Shown: piece by piece, positions 23,833 through 36,574 of the stretch
Position numbering within the stretch: position 1 is the stretch's first letter
Layout of the letters: every line of letters starts with the position of its first letter
Origin: Eledone cirrhosa
Lineage: Eukaryota
Reading direction: 5' to 3'
DNA length: 64,000 nucleotides
NCBI GenBank assembly: GCA_964016885.1
Contig: OZ024743.1
Coordinates: 90,458,001-90,522,000, forward strand
Made by a program: the position numbers and the translations under genes
The notes under the pieces: generated by a model
Told to the model about the DNA's origin: nothing
Seen by the model: the letters and a program-made list of their open reading frames with translations, nothing else
Database searches by the model: none

Positions 23833-25459
23833 ATCATCATCATCACCATTTTACGTCCATTTATTCCACGTTAGCATGGGTTAGACTAAACAATATTGGT
23901 TTCTGATTTAGGCACAAGGCCAGCAATTTTAGAGGAAAAGGAAAGTCGATTAAATCGACCCCAGTGCATTATGGGTACTTTATTTTATCAACCCCGTAAG
24001 TATGAAAGGCAAAGCTAACCTCGGTGGAATTTGAACTCAGAACATAAAGGGCAATAACTCTATGCTGCTAAGCATGTTGTCCAATGCTCTACCAATTCTG
24101 CCAATTTACTGCCCTATATGTATATAACCATCATCGCCATTTTACATCTGTTTTGCCTGCTAGCATCGTTTGGAGGAGTCATCATAGACCAAAACAGTAC
24201 TTAGATGCAGCCATTGACCTCTCAGATGGGCCATTGGCTGCATCTTACTTACATTCCTGTACTCCACAGAGTGCACTGAGTAGATTTTATAGTAGAACCA
24301 GCACTAGAGAGATTGTTATGTCTTTGACACAACTGGAAATTCCTTTCAACCCTTTGTTTGGCAAGTTTTCTACAGCTGGATGCCTTTTTGATCACCAACG
24401 ACGCATTTTATTGTAGCACCAACACTAGAGAGGTTGTTGTGCTTTATATATATACATTACCAAACACTGTTATTTATATCATAATTTAATTTATATATGT
24501 CTCATCCTCCTGAGACTCCTCGGAATTAACCAATATATTTTCACTTACATCTTTCTAGTTTTTATATTTGAAAACGAATTTCTTTATATGTATATGTGTG
24601 TATATATATGTGTGTGTGTGTGTGTATACAATTTGCCATTAATCAAAACATACTCTTGTGTGTTTAATCAAACTGAACTGTATGTTGTGTGAAGGTAATC
24701 CGGCATATGAGAGCTAAGGGATAAATGTTTATCAAATGCAAAATGACATCCAAACTGACAAGTTTATATTGTTTTCATCTTCCTTCATCAAAGGACCTAG
24801 ATTCTGCAAAAACTTGATGCTTTTGTTGATTCGATGAAGAAATTATTAGCATATTTCTATATTTTAGATTGTTTGAAGCATTGTGTAAAGTGTAGAAAAT
24901 AGAGTGATTTATTAGAAAGCTACAGAAATTGGGACTTATATGGTAAAAATAATAACAAAGATGTTGAAATGTTACCTTGGAATTGTTTAATAGTCCTTAA
25001 TATTTTGGGATAAATATCCCTTCATCAAAAGAAGGGTTGAGGAAACTAATTTGGAGCAGGATGTCTTGCATTATTCTTATGCTGGCATTTTTTAACACAA
25101 AGGGAGGAAATATAGAAACATGGTAATCACAGAAACATGGTAATGTCACGGATATGTGTGACAAAAGAACTTTGAGAAACTATATTTATTTTTTTAACTG
25201 TTAGTCAATCAATGATAAACATTGATTGCTAGCTAAATTATTTATAGAAATCTGGAAGTATTTTTTCAATGCTGTAAGAGGTATGTGTTCTAATCTGAGA
25301 TCTGATTGTATCTATTTTTTAAGTTTAATGAAATGTTGTACAAAGTCTGTTTATATTAGCCATATATACATACACATACACATGCATGCACATACACATA
25401 CATACAACTTGAGTTGTTTACATTTTTAAAGCCTATTTCATTGTTTAATCTCTCTTCAG

Positions 25460-25704
25460 AACAAGTTTTTGGTGAACTTAGCAGTTCCGATGATGAAGAC
25501 AAAGATGTCAACATAATGGACAGTGGTGAAGAAGAAGCTGCCATTATGTCTAGAGGGGCAGAAGCTGCCCAACAGCTTATTGATGGCCTCAGTCAGTCTG
25601 TTGGCAATGACCAAGAATCTGTCTTACTTTCAAATAATGACACAGAAGGAGGATGTGAAGAGGATTTCTCTATTTCTCGACTTTACCAATCAATAGATGA
25701 CTGA
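25460..25704 (+). CDS. TAF7: TAF7-like exon E (acidic region), ending at TGA
   Basis: ctctcttcag| acceptor, phase 1 compatible with exon D. EQVFGELSSSDDEDKDVNIMDSGEEE matches TAF7 EIFNDLSSSSEDEDE..DINIID. In-frame TGA at 25702-25704. Confidence 0.82.
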
Positions 25705-26270
25705 AGAACTGCTATTTTGTCAAATGAACTGTAATGTTAACATTTTCATTACCATACTTCTAATGAGGGACACTGCCTATGATTTTCAAATAATTTTGAA
25801 AACAATCAAGAACTTGGAGAGATTTAGTTATATAACTGTTTTCATTATTAAGCTGTTGTTTGGAATATAGCTTAACAGAGGTTCTTACATAAAATTACGT
25901 TACCATAATTTTGAATGAAAGACACTGCCTATTTCAATTAATTTTGAAAATAATCAAGAATTTGGAAGTATTTAGTAATATAACTAACTTCCTCGTTATC
26001 AAGCTGATGTCTGGAACATAACAAAAGTTCTTGCATAAAATTATGATGGAAGGATTTTAGATAAATATAAGCACTTTAAGATAAACAGCTTAATATCATA
26101 GAACCAAGATTTATTCCACATTATTCTTCTACAATGGAAAGAACAGTCAAGAATATAGCATCTATCCTGGAACTATCACCAGTTTCAATTCAAACTACAG
26201 CTATTTCTCACTTAATGATCAGGTTCTATCACACCAACCTAATTGTAAAGTTAATATGTTGGTAAATTAA

Positions 26271-26457
26271 CCCTTTAGCATTTACATTACTCTATATATA
26301 CTATTGTATTTTTTGTAGTAAAGGCTTTATCTCACATAATATCGAATCTATGAGATTTTGATGTCATTTATTTTGAGAACAATACCTTAACATTGGTATG
26401 AGTGGCCAATTACAGCTGGTTTGAACAGAAAGAGCTGCCGGTTTAAATGCTAAATGG
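26271..26457. mobile_element. piggyBac-type MITE
   Basis: TTAA|CCCTTTAGCATTTA ... TAAATGCTAAATGG|TTAA. Second copy at 51778-51987. Confidence 0.75.
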
Positions 26458-26987
26458 TTAACTCAGTTAACAACCAGGTTCTGTTTCAATGTCCTGATCT
26501 TTAAATATTGTTTAAATGTTATGCAGTATGTGATAGAGTCTATGAGAGTATGTAAAGTTACCAAGTATCAGTTTTATAATAAAGAAATTATCTGAATAAA
26601 GAAATTCAGAAAGGTCTAATCAAAACTGCAATGTATTTGTTTTGCACTATAACAATATCTAATCAAAACGTTATCTTACTAACTGCAAATTCTTTAAAAA
26701 TGCTTACAAACATTTAAAAAAAATTATTTGAAACATAAATAAGGATTTGCTGGATAAAAAACAGACTAAAGTATGTAGCAAAAAATTTTATAAAAGAAAT
26801 ATTAAAAAGTACATAACTTATTGATATAGACATCATCATTTTTATGTTGATTTTTCCATAATGGCATGGGTTGGATGGGTCTTTTTGAGGCAATGTTCTA
26901 CAGCTAGATGTTTTCCTGTCACTAACCTATTTAGTCACTCCTTACAAAACTCAGGAATATGGTGTCCTTATTCTACACTGGATACAA

Positions 26988-27375
26988 TCATCATCATCAT
27001 CGTTTAACGTCCATCTTCCACGCTTGCATGGGTTTGGATGGGAATTTTCCCACTTGAAGCAAGATTGGTTGTCTTGCTCGTATAGGACTGTCTGGCGGGT
27101 TTTCTACAGTTGGATGCCCTTCCTAACACCAACCACGTTTACAGTGTGGACTGGGAGGTTTTTACCGTGTTACCTACACGGCCACATTACAACGTGGACT
27201 GTGATTTTTTTTGTCGTGACACCTACACGACCTCATTTATTTCGGACTGGATGTTGTGGTACCAACATAACTTTACAGAGAAGTGGAGGTAGTGGGATGG
27301 GGGTGTATTTTTGTTAAAAGGTACCTACTGACTATAGGTTTCGCTTTGTACTTAGGCAAGGCGGGTCTTCTGTAT
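26988..27375 (-). mobile_element. 3' UTR fragment of RTE family A
   Basis: Reverse complement of about 5053-5470, with (CAT)n tail. Confidence 0.85.
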
Positions 27376-28159
27376 ACATAGCCTATATATTGTTAAAACT
27401 TCCAACAGTATGGTATAGAAATACAGTAAGCCTTTTAAGGTCATTCTCTCTGCTAAAGCAAGGATTAACCTTTTAAAGATTTAGTCGTAAGTGTGTGTGG
27501 TCATAAACAAGATGGTTAATTGAAGAGTGGCTGTATTTTTAACTGTTCAGTTCTCATTTAATGGAGACTCTTTCCAGTAGATTCTTATTTATTCTACAGT
27601 TTAATGTACAAACCCTATCTCCAGTTTTGTTTCTTCATAACTTTCTTAATAATTCATATTGGGTATGGAAATTTTGTAGATACATTTTCAAATGTGCATG
27701 TAAGAATGTATGGACTTGTAACTCCTGATGGAGTCATAGGGCACTTTAAACCTGAATACAGCTGATTTCTTCCAGAAAGAGGAAAGAGAGAGATTGAGAA
27801 AAGGATATAGAGGAAGAATCAACTCCAGTACTGTACTTTCTTTATTGACCTTGAAAGGATAAAGGCAAAGTTGAACTCAGAAAGCTGGAATGAATACTGT
27901 AAAGCATTCTATCTGACATTCTAATGATTCTGCAGTACCTTTTTCAGATGTGTAGATGATGATTGTATGTTGATGAAATTATTTTTAAATGTTTTTTTTA
28001 CTCACAATTCATAATTGTAGAAATGATATTTATATTGCAGTACAAAATATCAATGGTATTGTATTGTGTTAAATACTATTTATTTTATCAAAATGAACCT
28101 AGAAGGCACAATGAAATAAATTTCTTGTTTAGCTTATTCATTGTCATTAAGTAGAGCAG

Positions 28160-28425
28160 TTACTACTCCGAATTGAGAGATCACAGCTCCAATACTATGG
28201 GTATGTGGTTAGAATGTCTCAGGAAAGAATCGCTGGACAGATTTTACGGGCAAAACCAACAGGGGTAGACCCTGAGCAAGATGGTTAGATAACATCCATG
28301 AACTTGGCTGGTCTCACTTGGGAATCCAGCTGGATCAGTTGTAGACGGTTGCTTCTGACAGGACCTGCTGGAAGGAGTTTTAGCACTCTGCCCCCACGAC
28401 CTGCTCAGGAATAAGTGGGCAAAGA
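28160..28425 (+). mobile_element. 3' end of Expander-like RTE LINE
   Basis: YYGYVVRMSQERIAGQILRAKPTGVDP..WLDNIHELGWSHLGI..LPPRP-like translation. Confidence 0.7.
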
Positions 28426-29296
28426 TCATCATCATCATCATTTAATGTCTATCTTCCCTGCTAGCAAGGGTTGGATGGATCTTCACAGAAAGAGTCAGAA
28501 CTCAAGTGAAGCCACCTACCTCTTGGATAGGCTGGGGACCTGCCTATTGTTTACATGCATACTCACACTTTACCAGGTACATTTTATTATGGTACCAGAG
28601 CTAGGGATTTTTTCATGTTAGTGACACAGCTGTAGAGTCCTCCTGACCCTACTGTAAACAACATCATCATCACCGTTTAACGTCCATTTTCCATGCTAAC
28701 ATGAGTTTGACGAGCTGTCTTGTGAGACAAGCCAGATCAGATGACTGTGTCTTGCTCATACAGAACTGATTTTGGCTTGGTTTCTACAGCTGGATGCCAT
28801 TCCTAACCACAACCACATTTACAGTGTATACTGAGTGCTTTTTGTTGTGACACCTACACGATCACTTGACAATGTGGGCTGTGTGCTTTTTGTCGTGGTA
28901 CCTATACAATCATTTTACAGTGTGGGCTGGGTGTTTTTTATCGCGACACCTACACAAATTGAAAATATCCAATAAATGAAAGTATTAACAAACAGAACAA
29001 CACACTAATGGAAGTATTGTGGTCCCTTCTTTATTTCCAAGTAATTGTAATAAACTTGCATTTTCTGAGTGGTGGGGGCCACTAAACTGTAGCTATGACT
29101 ATTTACCATAGTGGTTGTAGTGCTCCAGCATGAGAATTACAGTGACTTGAACCAACTAAATCAGGTCAGATTTCTTGATTATCTTTGAGGTTGTCTCATG
29201 ACCAATAATTAAAAATATCTTCGTTTTTGTATTTGTTTGGCAAGATTCTTGATTCTTGATGTGTTATCATATCTTGAAACAGATATTGTTGTAAAC

Positions 29297-29525
29297 CAGA
29301 GGTTCTCAAAGTGGGCGCTACCGCCCTCCGGGGGTGGTAGAGATGATATAATAGTATATTAAATATCAAATGATATGTATTATATGTAACAAATATATAA
29401 TATTTATTTATATAGAGTATATATTATATTATTAACAATTTGCATGTAGACAGGTCTCTCTGGAAATAGAGGTGAGGTGCTGAGGGTATTACATGGCGGT
29501 GGCCCAGAAAGTTTGAGAACCTCTG
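29297..29525. mobile_element. hAT (Charlie-like) MITE
   Basis: Perfect 14-bp TIRs CAGAGGTTCTCAAA/TTTGAGAACCTCTG. 8-bp flanks TTGTAAAC / CTGTAGAC (degenerate TSD). Confidence 0.85.
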
Positions 29526-29859
29526 CTGTAGACTAATGCTGTAGGAAAGTAATTCAAAATAGAGATGAAACACAGGGAGAAAAAAGTCATATGTGTTGAA
29601 AAGACTTTGACAATAAATTAATTAATTGGATCAACCAACTGATTAGTAATAAAAACTGAAGTAAAACAATCAGTGCACGTTTTAATTGGCAACATGACTC
29701 TACCAAAATACAACAAAAATAAATTATTTTTGTAATGTTTATAAAATAATTAGTAATCAATATTTGACATTAATTTCTTTTGTTTTTATTATTTAATTTT
29801 GATTTAACTGTAACAAATTCAAAATTTTATATAAAAGATGTGTATCTATGTATTATTAC

Positions 29860-30390
29860 ATCCCTTTACGATCTGAGTTCAAATCCCGCCGAGGTTGACT
29901 TTGCCTTTCATCCTTACGGGGTCGATTAAATAAAGTACCAGTAATGCACTGGGTAATTGCTGGCCTTGTGCCTAAAGTAGAAACAATTATTATTGTAGTA
30001 TTGGTAGAGCATCAGACACCCTGCTTTGCAGCATATAGTTACAGCCCTTTATCATCTGAGTTCAAATCCTGCCGAGGTTAGCTTTGCCTTGTGTCCTTAC
30101 ATGAGTCAATAAAATAAAGTACCAGTAATGCACTGGGGTTGATTTAATCGACTTTCCCCTCCCCCAAAATTGCTGGCCGTGTGCCTATAGTAGAAATTAT
30201 TATTATTATAGGTGGTGTATTGGCAGTATAGGTAGTGTCGGACACCCTGCTTTGTGGCATGGAGTTACGGCTCTTTAAGTTCTGAGTTCAAATCCTATTG
30301 AGGTTAGCTTTGCCTTTCATCCTTACAGGGTCGATAAAATAAATTGCTGGCCTTGTGCCTAAATCAGAATCCATTATTATTATTATTATT
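29860..30390 (+). mobile_element. Three tandem copies of SINE family 1
   Basis: Three CTGAGTTCAAATCC..CTTTGCCTT..GCTGGCC(T/G)TGTGCCTA units separated by (ATT)n tails. Confidence 0.85.
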
Positions 30391-30961
30391 TGATTTTCTC
30401 AAACTTTAATATCTCGTCCCTTCATTGACTTGATTTCATCATCCTCACCATCATCATCATCATTCCATCATCATTGTCATTTTTACATCCCCTCATCTCA
30501 TGCTTGAATGGTGAGGAGAGGACTTTTTCAGGCAGGTTTTCTATTGTCAAATGCTCTTCCTGACATCAATGGATATCTTTATATATCTATATAATATCAT
30601 CATCATCGTTTAACATCCACTTTCCATGCTATATATATGTATATATAATAACTAACAACATATCTGCTGATATGCAAATCTGGCTGATCAGTGGGTCTGC
30701 TAATATGCAAATCAAGCTCTGTATATTTTAGAAAATATATATTTTCACTAGCTCTGACAGTTGGCAGGCAAGCAGTAAACTGCATTGATGAAGGGTAGTC
30801 ACCCAGAAACATTAGTGTCTGCAGTTCTGGTTACATACCAACACAAGAGCAAGAATGAGGGGCTCATTCTACTGACATGGCTTATAAAAGAGGCTGTTTG
30901 CATCATTGCAAATGAATTAAATATTATTATTAATATTCAAAAAACTCAGATTGCATTCATA

Positions 30962-33900
30962 TCATCATCATCATCATCATTTTACGTCCGCTTTTCCCTG
31001 CTTGCAAGGGTGGGACGGGTCTTATTCACCACAGCATCTCTCCATTTGTCACGGTCCTTCGTCATTTCCACCGTGAGCTTCAGCGATCTGAGGTCTGTTC
31101 TCACCACCTCCACCCGTGTTTTTCGTGGTCTACCTCTACCACGTCTTCCTTCAACTGGCATTTCCTGGCACTTCTTCACCCATCGGTCATCCTCCATGCG
31201 CATCACATGTCTATACCACCTCAGTCTCCTCTCTCGCACACTACATCCTATCCCTCTCAGACACAGTTTCTCTCTCAACACATTTATGCTGGGTCGTTCA
31301 CGCACATTGACATTGCACATCCAACGGAGCATGCTTGCCTCATTTCTCTCCAGCTGTCGCATATCCTCTGCAGTTGCTGCCCATGTCTCACTACCATGCA
31401 GCATCGTGCTTCTCATACAGGCATCATATAACTGGCCTTTCGTATGCAGGGAGAAATCCTTCTTCGTCAGCAGAGGAAGCAGCTCCCTAAACTTCTTCGA
31501 ACCCGTCCTTATTCTAGATACTATGGCCTCGGAACACCCCCCTCCAATGCTAATCTGATCTCCTAGGTACCGGAAGCTATCAATCACTTCTATAGCACCC
31601 GCCTGCATTTGAAAAATGTGTCTATCAATGCGACTTCTACTGTCTAATTTCCCTGTACATCTACTGCATACGTATTTCTCCCTACCTGTTAGTTTGCCTG
31701 CTATCCCACTACATCTCTTGTGTACCCAGGATCTGCATTGTGTGCATTTTAAGAATTTATGACAGTTTCTTTTCTGCATATCGAACATGGCCATTTCCCT
31801 GACGGAATCAGAGTTTTGCCCTCTTTTCTACTCATCAACACTTTTGTCTTAGCTAGGTTCACTCTCAGTCCTCTTGCTTCCAACTGCTGTTTCCATAGCC
31901 AGAATTTATTCTCTAGCTCTACTACTGATTCTGCTATAAGAACCAGATCGTCAGCATAGAGAAGTTCCCATGGACAGCCAGTCTTAAACTCCTCTGTTAT
32001 GGCTTGGAGGACTATAATGAACAAGAGCGGGCTGAGGAGCGAACCTTCATGTACTCCTACTTGTATCTGGAATTCCTCACTAAACTCCATTCCTACCCTG
32101 ACTTTACTGACAGTACCTTTGTACAAAGTTTGCACTATCCTCACAAGCCATTCCTCAACACCTAGTTTCCTTAGGGACCACCAGATGACAGATTGGGGTA
32201 CCCTATCAAAAGCCTTCTCTAGGTCAACAAAGGCTAAGTATAGTGGCTTATTTTTCTCTTAGAACCTCTCTTGTAATTGTCTCACTAAGAAGAGGGCATC
32301 TGTTGTACTCATCCCAGGCACAAAACCAAACTGCATCTCATCTAGTTTGATCCTTTTTCTAATTAGTTGTGCTAATATCCTTTCTGCCACTTTCATAACC
32401 TGATCCATCAGTTTTATACCCCTATAATTGCTACTCTCCAGAGCATCCCCTTTACCTTTGTAGCAATTTATGAGAATACTGCTGCACCAGTCTTTGGGTA
32501 TGATACCACTATAAATAGCCTGATTGATGATGCATGCAACCAGTTTAGTGCCTACGTCCCCTGATGCCTTCAGCATCTCAGCAACTATTCCCAATGGTCA
32601 AGCAGCCTTACCATTTTTCATTTCCTTAATCGCCTCTTGGACCCTATATTCATCAATCTCAATAGCTGGATCTACTGAGGGTAATTTTTCTCTCCCATTC
32701 ATTCTCCACATTCATCAGTCTCTCATAATGACATTTCCAGGCCTCCTTTTTCTGATCATTCGTGACACTAAGTACACCGGCATCATTCCGGACACATTTA
32801 TCTCCAACAACATGCTGATTTGCATGGACGCACTGCCTTGCAATGTGGAACACCGCACGCCTCTGATCTTCCCGTCGCAGAACATTGGCAAACCTCCTGC
32901 TCTCAACCTCCCTGCGTGCTAAGTACACCTGATGTCTACCTTCTCTCTTAGCAGTTGTATATCCTTCTCTACTCCCACCCTTTTTCCAAGCCTTCCATGC
33001 TAGTCTTTTGTATCTAATGGCCTTATCTACTGTGCTGTTCCACCACCAGGTCACTCTCTGTCTGGTTGGAGCTTTGCTCCAGCCACAAGTTTCATCAGTA
33101 GCCTGCAGTAAGTTGTCACGTAAGAAATTCCAGTTATTATCTATGTCATACGTCTCTAAATCGTCTTCTTTTTCGTCATACACATCTTCAAGGGCTTTCC
33201 TAAATTTGTATTTTAGTGAAAGGTCTTTTAGCTTCCGGACCTTTCTTCTCTACACCTTCCTGTATGTCTCATTCCATCTGTTGCTTACTGAGATATCACT
33301 AACGACTAACCTATGCTGTGGGGTACATTCTTCCCCAGGATATGCCTTGGTATTTGACACCATCTGCCTGTCCCACTGCCTAACTAGTAAGAAGTCAATC
33401 TGGCTTATGGGCTCGCCTGATTTGTAGGTTATTAGGTGGTTGGCAGGTTCTGGAAGTTAGTGTTGCAAATAGTCAGTGTACTTGCATCACAAAATTCAAG
33501 AAGTCTCACTCCTTCTTCATTTCTTGAGCCGTAACCGTGCCCACCATGTACCCCAGTGTAACCATCCTGGAGCTGTCCAACATGACCATTGAAGTCCCCT
33601 GCTAGCATAACGATGTCTCCGTCCTATGTCATTGCGGTTGTTTGTAAAAGTTGCTCGTAAAAGCAGTCTTTCTCTTCTTTGCCTAGGCCTGCTTGGGGAG
33701 CATAGGCAGAGATGATTGTCAGTAGTCTCCTGCCTACAACTAATCTAAGCTTAATTATTCGATTACTAATTCAAACTACCTCTATTGTCTTATTGATCCA
33801 TCTCTCAGTCAGGAAAATGCCTACTCCCCCTAACCCATCATCCTTACCTACCCCGAAAAGCTTATAGCTAAGATGTTTGCCTGCGACTAGTATTACAGAG

Positions 33901-34230
33901 GCACCTCTCGATCTCACCTATTGCATGCAGCACACATCCACATGCCTTCTCTCCAGCATCTCCGCTATTTCAGCAGATCTACCTCTGAGAGTGCCAACAT
34001 TAAGTGTTGCAACTCTGAGATGCGACGTCTTCATATTTTGTTGTTCCTATATACTTGTTGCTGTGCTTATAATCGTTTTGGCATTGATACAATGATTGGA
34101 TGCCCTTCCTAACACCAGCGCCACTTTACAGCATGGACAGGGTGCTTTTATTTGTGCCACCAGCACTAGAGAGGATGTCTTACTGGACTCATGGGCTCTC
34201 TCTACCCCTCCATTTTACAACATGGTTATA
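30962..34230 (-). mobile_element. Full-length RTE/RTE-X LINE family B, copy 2 (disrupted)
   Basis: Collinear with 9898-13138 from the 5' UTR to the (GAT)n tail. APE, RT (LLYADD) and WPCSICRK..CTQCRSWVHKRCSG..CSRC finger. Several frameshifts. Confidence 0.95.
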
Positions 34231-34772
34231 AAAAAAACAAAAAAAAACACTTATTGACACTCACGACACACACACACACTCACTCACACACTAACACTCA
34301 TGCATACAAACACACACACCAACACTGATGCATATAAACGTACACACCACTCACACATACATATATATATATATATTACCGTCAGTACTGATACAAAATC
34401 AAAATCATGTCAACTGTTGACTTTTCCAGTTCAGTTTTTATATAATAATAATTGTTTGCTTTACAGCAAAGAGCAACGGCTCTCCAATCTCCGGGCCCCA
34501 AAAGACAAGACACCACCAATGCCCTGAGACAGTCGCTGTCGCTGCCCCATGCCAAGAACAGAATAGTTATTTAGTATTCAGTAATGTACTGGGTAATTGC
34601 TGGCTTTGTGCCAAAAGTAGAAACAATTATTATAGTTGTTTTTAAGGCTTGATCGCTGGTGATAGTGGTGGTAGTGGTGGTGGTGGTGGTGGTGGTGGAA
34701 GGTGTCAGTGATGGTGGTGGTGGAGGATGGTGCCGGTGATGGTGAAGGGGGTGGATGGTGCCAGTGATCGTG

Positions 34773-34803
<31 letters not shown>

Positions 34804-35138
34804 CATTAAAACAACAATAGAGGACCGGACTGGAAAATTTACTTTTGGAATTTTAATTCCGTGAAAGCACTATACATATTTTGATGGCCCAGCTCTATCA
34901 TCTGATTATAATGCAAGACAAGGCGATTTCATCAGGTGTTATTTGTAGAATTATGTAACAGGATTATGTTGAAGCCAAACATCGAATGGAAGATAGGTGA
35001 TAGAGAAAAAATAGAAGATAGAAAATATAAAATTTGATTCAAGGACAGCCTGCCAATATGGTGATATGGTGTTATATCGATAGCTGAGCCATTTCCCTAT
35101 ATATATATATACATATATATATATATAGCTTTCACCGT

Positions 35139-35200
35139 ATAAATGGAAAAAGATGAGTATTGACGTACATGTACGTCAATACTCATCTTTTTCCATTTAT
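35139..35200. repeat. Perfect 62-bp palindrome nested in an outer inverted repeat
   Basis: ATAAATGGAAAAAGATGAGTATTGACGTACA|TGTACGTCAATACTCATCTTTTTCCATTTAT. Outer TATAGCTTTCACCGTAT / ATACGGTGAAAGCTATA at about 35124-35140 and 35249-35265. Confidence 0.92.
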
Positions 35201-35615
35201 CTGAGGGTTCTAAACCCCGTTATCAAGCTAAAATTCCTTTAGTTAAAAATACGGTGAAAGCTATATATTTTCTAATTTCAAACTCGCTCACTGTTTCAAA
35301 ACATACATATATATATATATATCGACAAGATCCTAGACCTTATTCGCTTAAAGAGTGGGGTGGAGCTCATCAAATTGGTCCGAGGAAACAATGTTTTCCA
35401 TTGGTTTTTCCAATTGCTAATACTATCTGTCTGTCGCAAATCCAGGTAGAAGGAGCAATGAGAAATAAAGTGTCTTGCTCAAGGACATAACGCATCACCC
35501 GGTCCGGGAATCAAAATCACAACCTCACCATTGCAAATCTAATTCTCTAACCAAATTGTGAAGGCACATAGCTGAGTGTTTATATATTTATATGTGTGTG
35601 TAGGCGAGGAATATA

Positions 35616-35784
35616 GGAAACAGAAAACTCCAAAGAGACAAGCACATGGATAATTCTCACTCATTGGCTGTCTTCTAGTGAATAGTCCTGTCTTATAAAG
35701 CATCCAAATTTTTAATGATCCCTAGAAGAAAGCCAATGAACAGGAATTGTCTATATATTTGTTTCTTTCGAATTTTCTGTTTCC
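35616..35784. repeat. Old imperfect inverted repeat (63-bp arms), MITE-like
   Basis: 35616-35678 versus the reverse complement of 35722-35784: ungapped, 13 mismatches. Confidence 0.75.
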
Positions 35785-36535
35785 ATAATTGATACTCTCA
35801 TGCTCTCGTGAAAAGACAGCATATCGTCACGTATGCCCAGCTTTTTAAAGATTTTCCAAAGAGTTTTGTGATTAACAGTGTCAAAGGCTTTGTTCAAGTC
35901 AACAAACACCATAAACAGCTCTTGGTTCTTTTCTCGAGCCTTCTCTGCAACCAGGTGAAGGGAGAAGATCATGTCAGTAGTATGCCAACCTGTGCGCAAG
36001 CCACATTGATTTTCAGGTTAGATATCAACAAGTATGGATGAAATTCTGTTAAGAATGACTCAGGCAAATACCTTGCCAGCAATACAGAGAAGTGAGAGTT
36101 ATCACAGTTGTGGGCAGCTGATCTACAAGACATTGCTCATAAAAAGGACTCAAGGGCCTTTTATAATGGTCTGAGAGAGAACAGGTGAAATCCAGTTCTG
36201 TCTTCTTATGGTAAAACCCTATAGAGAGACAAAGCTGAGATACTCACTTGATGGAAGGAACACTTCAAAAAGGTCTTAAATACAGTCAAATGTTGATGAA
36301 GATGTGGTATCATCTATTCCACAAAGGTGGGAGAAGCTTGAATGAAGCACAAGCCACTATCAAGTAACTGTCATTGCATAAAGCTCCTGGTAAAAATAGC
36401 ATCCCATCTGAAATGTGGTGGTCAAAAACTGGTTTGTAAGCTTCTTCGGCTATTCCTGTTAATCTGGAAGGTTGGACATGTTCCCCCGACTTCAGAGATG
36501 CCTCTATGATCCATCTCTTTAAGAACAAAGGTAAA
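35785..36535 (-). mobile_element. RTE (BovB-like) LINE fragment with an inverted 5' segment
   Basis: Minus 36108-35785: SLLCIAGKV..PENQCG..TTDMIFSL..FVDLNKAFDTV. Plus 36110-36535: WKEHFKKVLN..KAPGKNSIPSE..PDFRDASMIHLFKNKGK. Confidence 0.8.
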
Positions 36536-36574
36536 AAAAATCTATTTATATTTTTATCTATCTATATCTTCTTT

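Noticed and set aside
27770-27830. Possible further TAF7 exon (ttccag|AAAGAGGAAAGAGAG..)
   Set aside because: Purine-rich low-complexity sequence running into a SINE, with no similarity to the TAF7 C-terminus.
30785-31558. 257-aa plus-strand ORF and similar ORFs antisense to RTE copies
   Set aside because: Shadow ORFs on the strand opposite LINE coding sequence, with no independent protein motifs.
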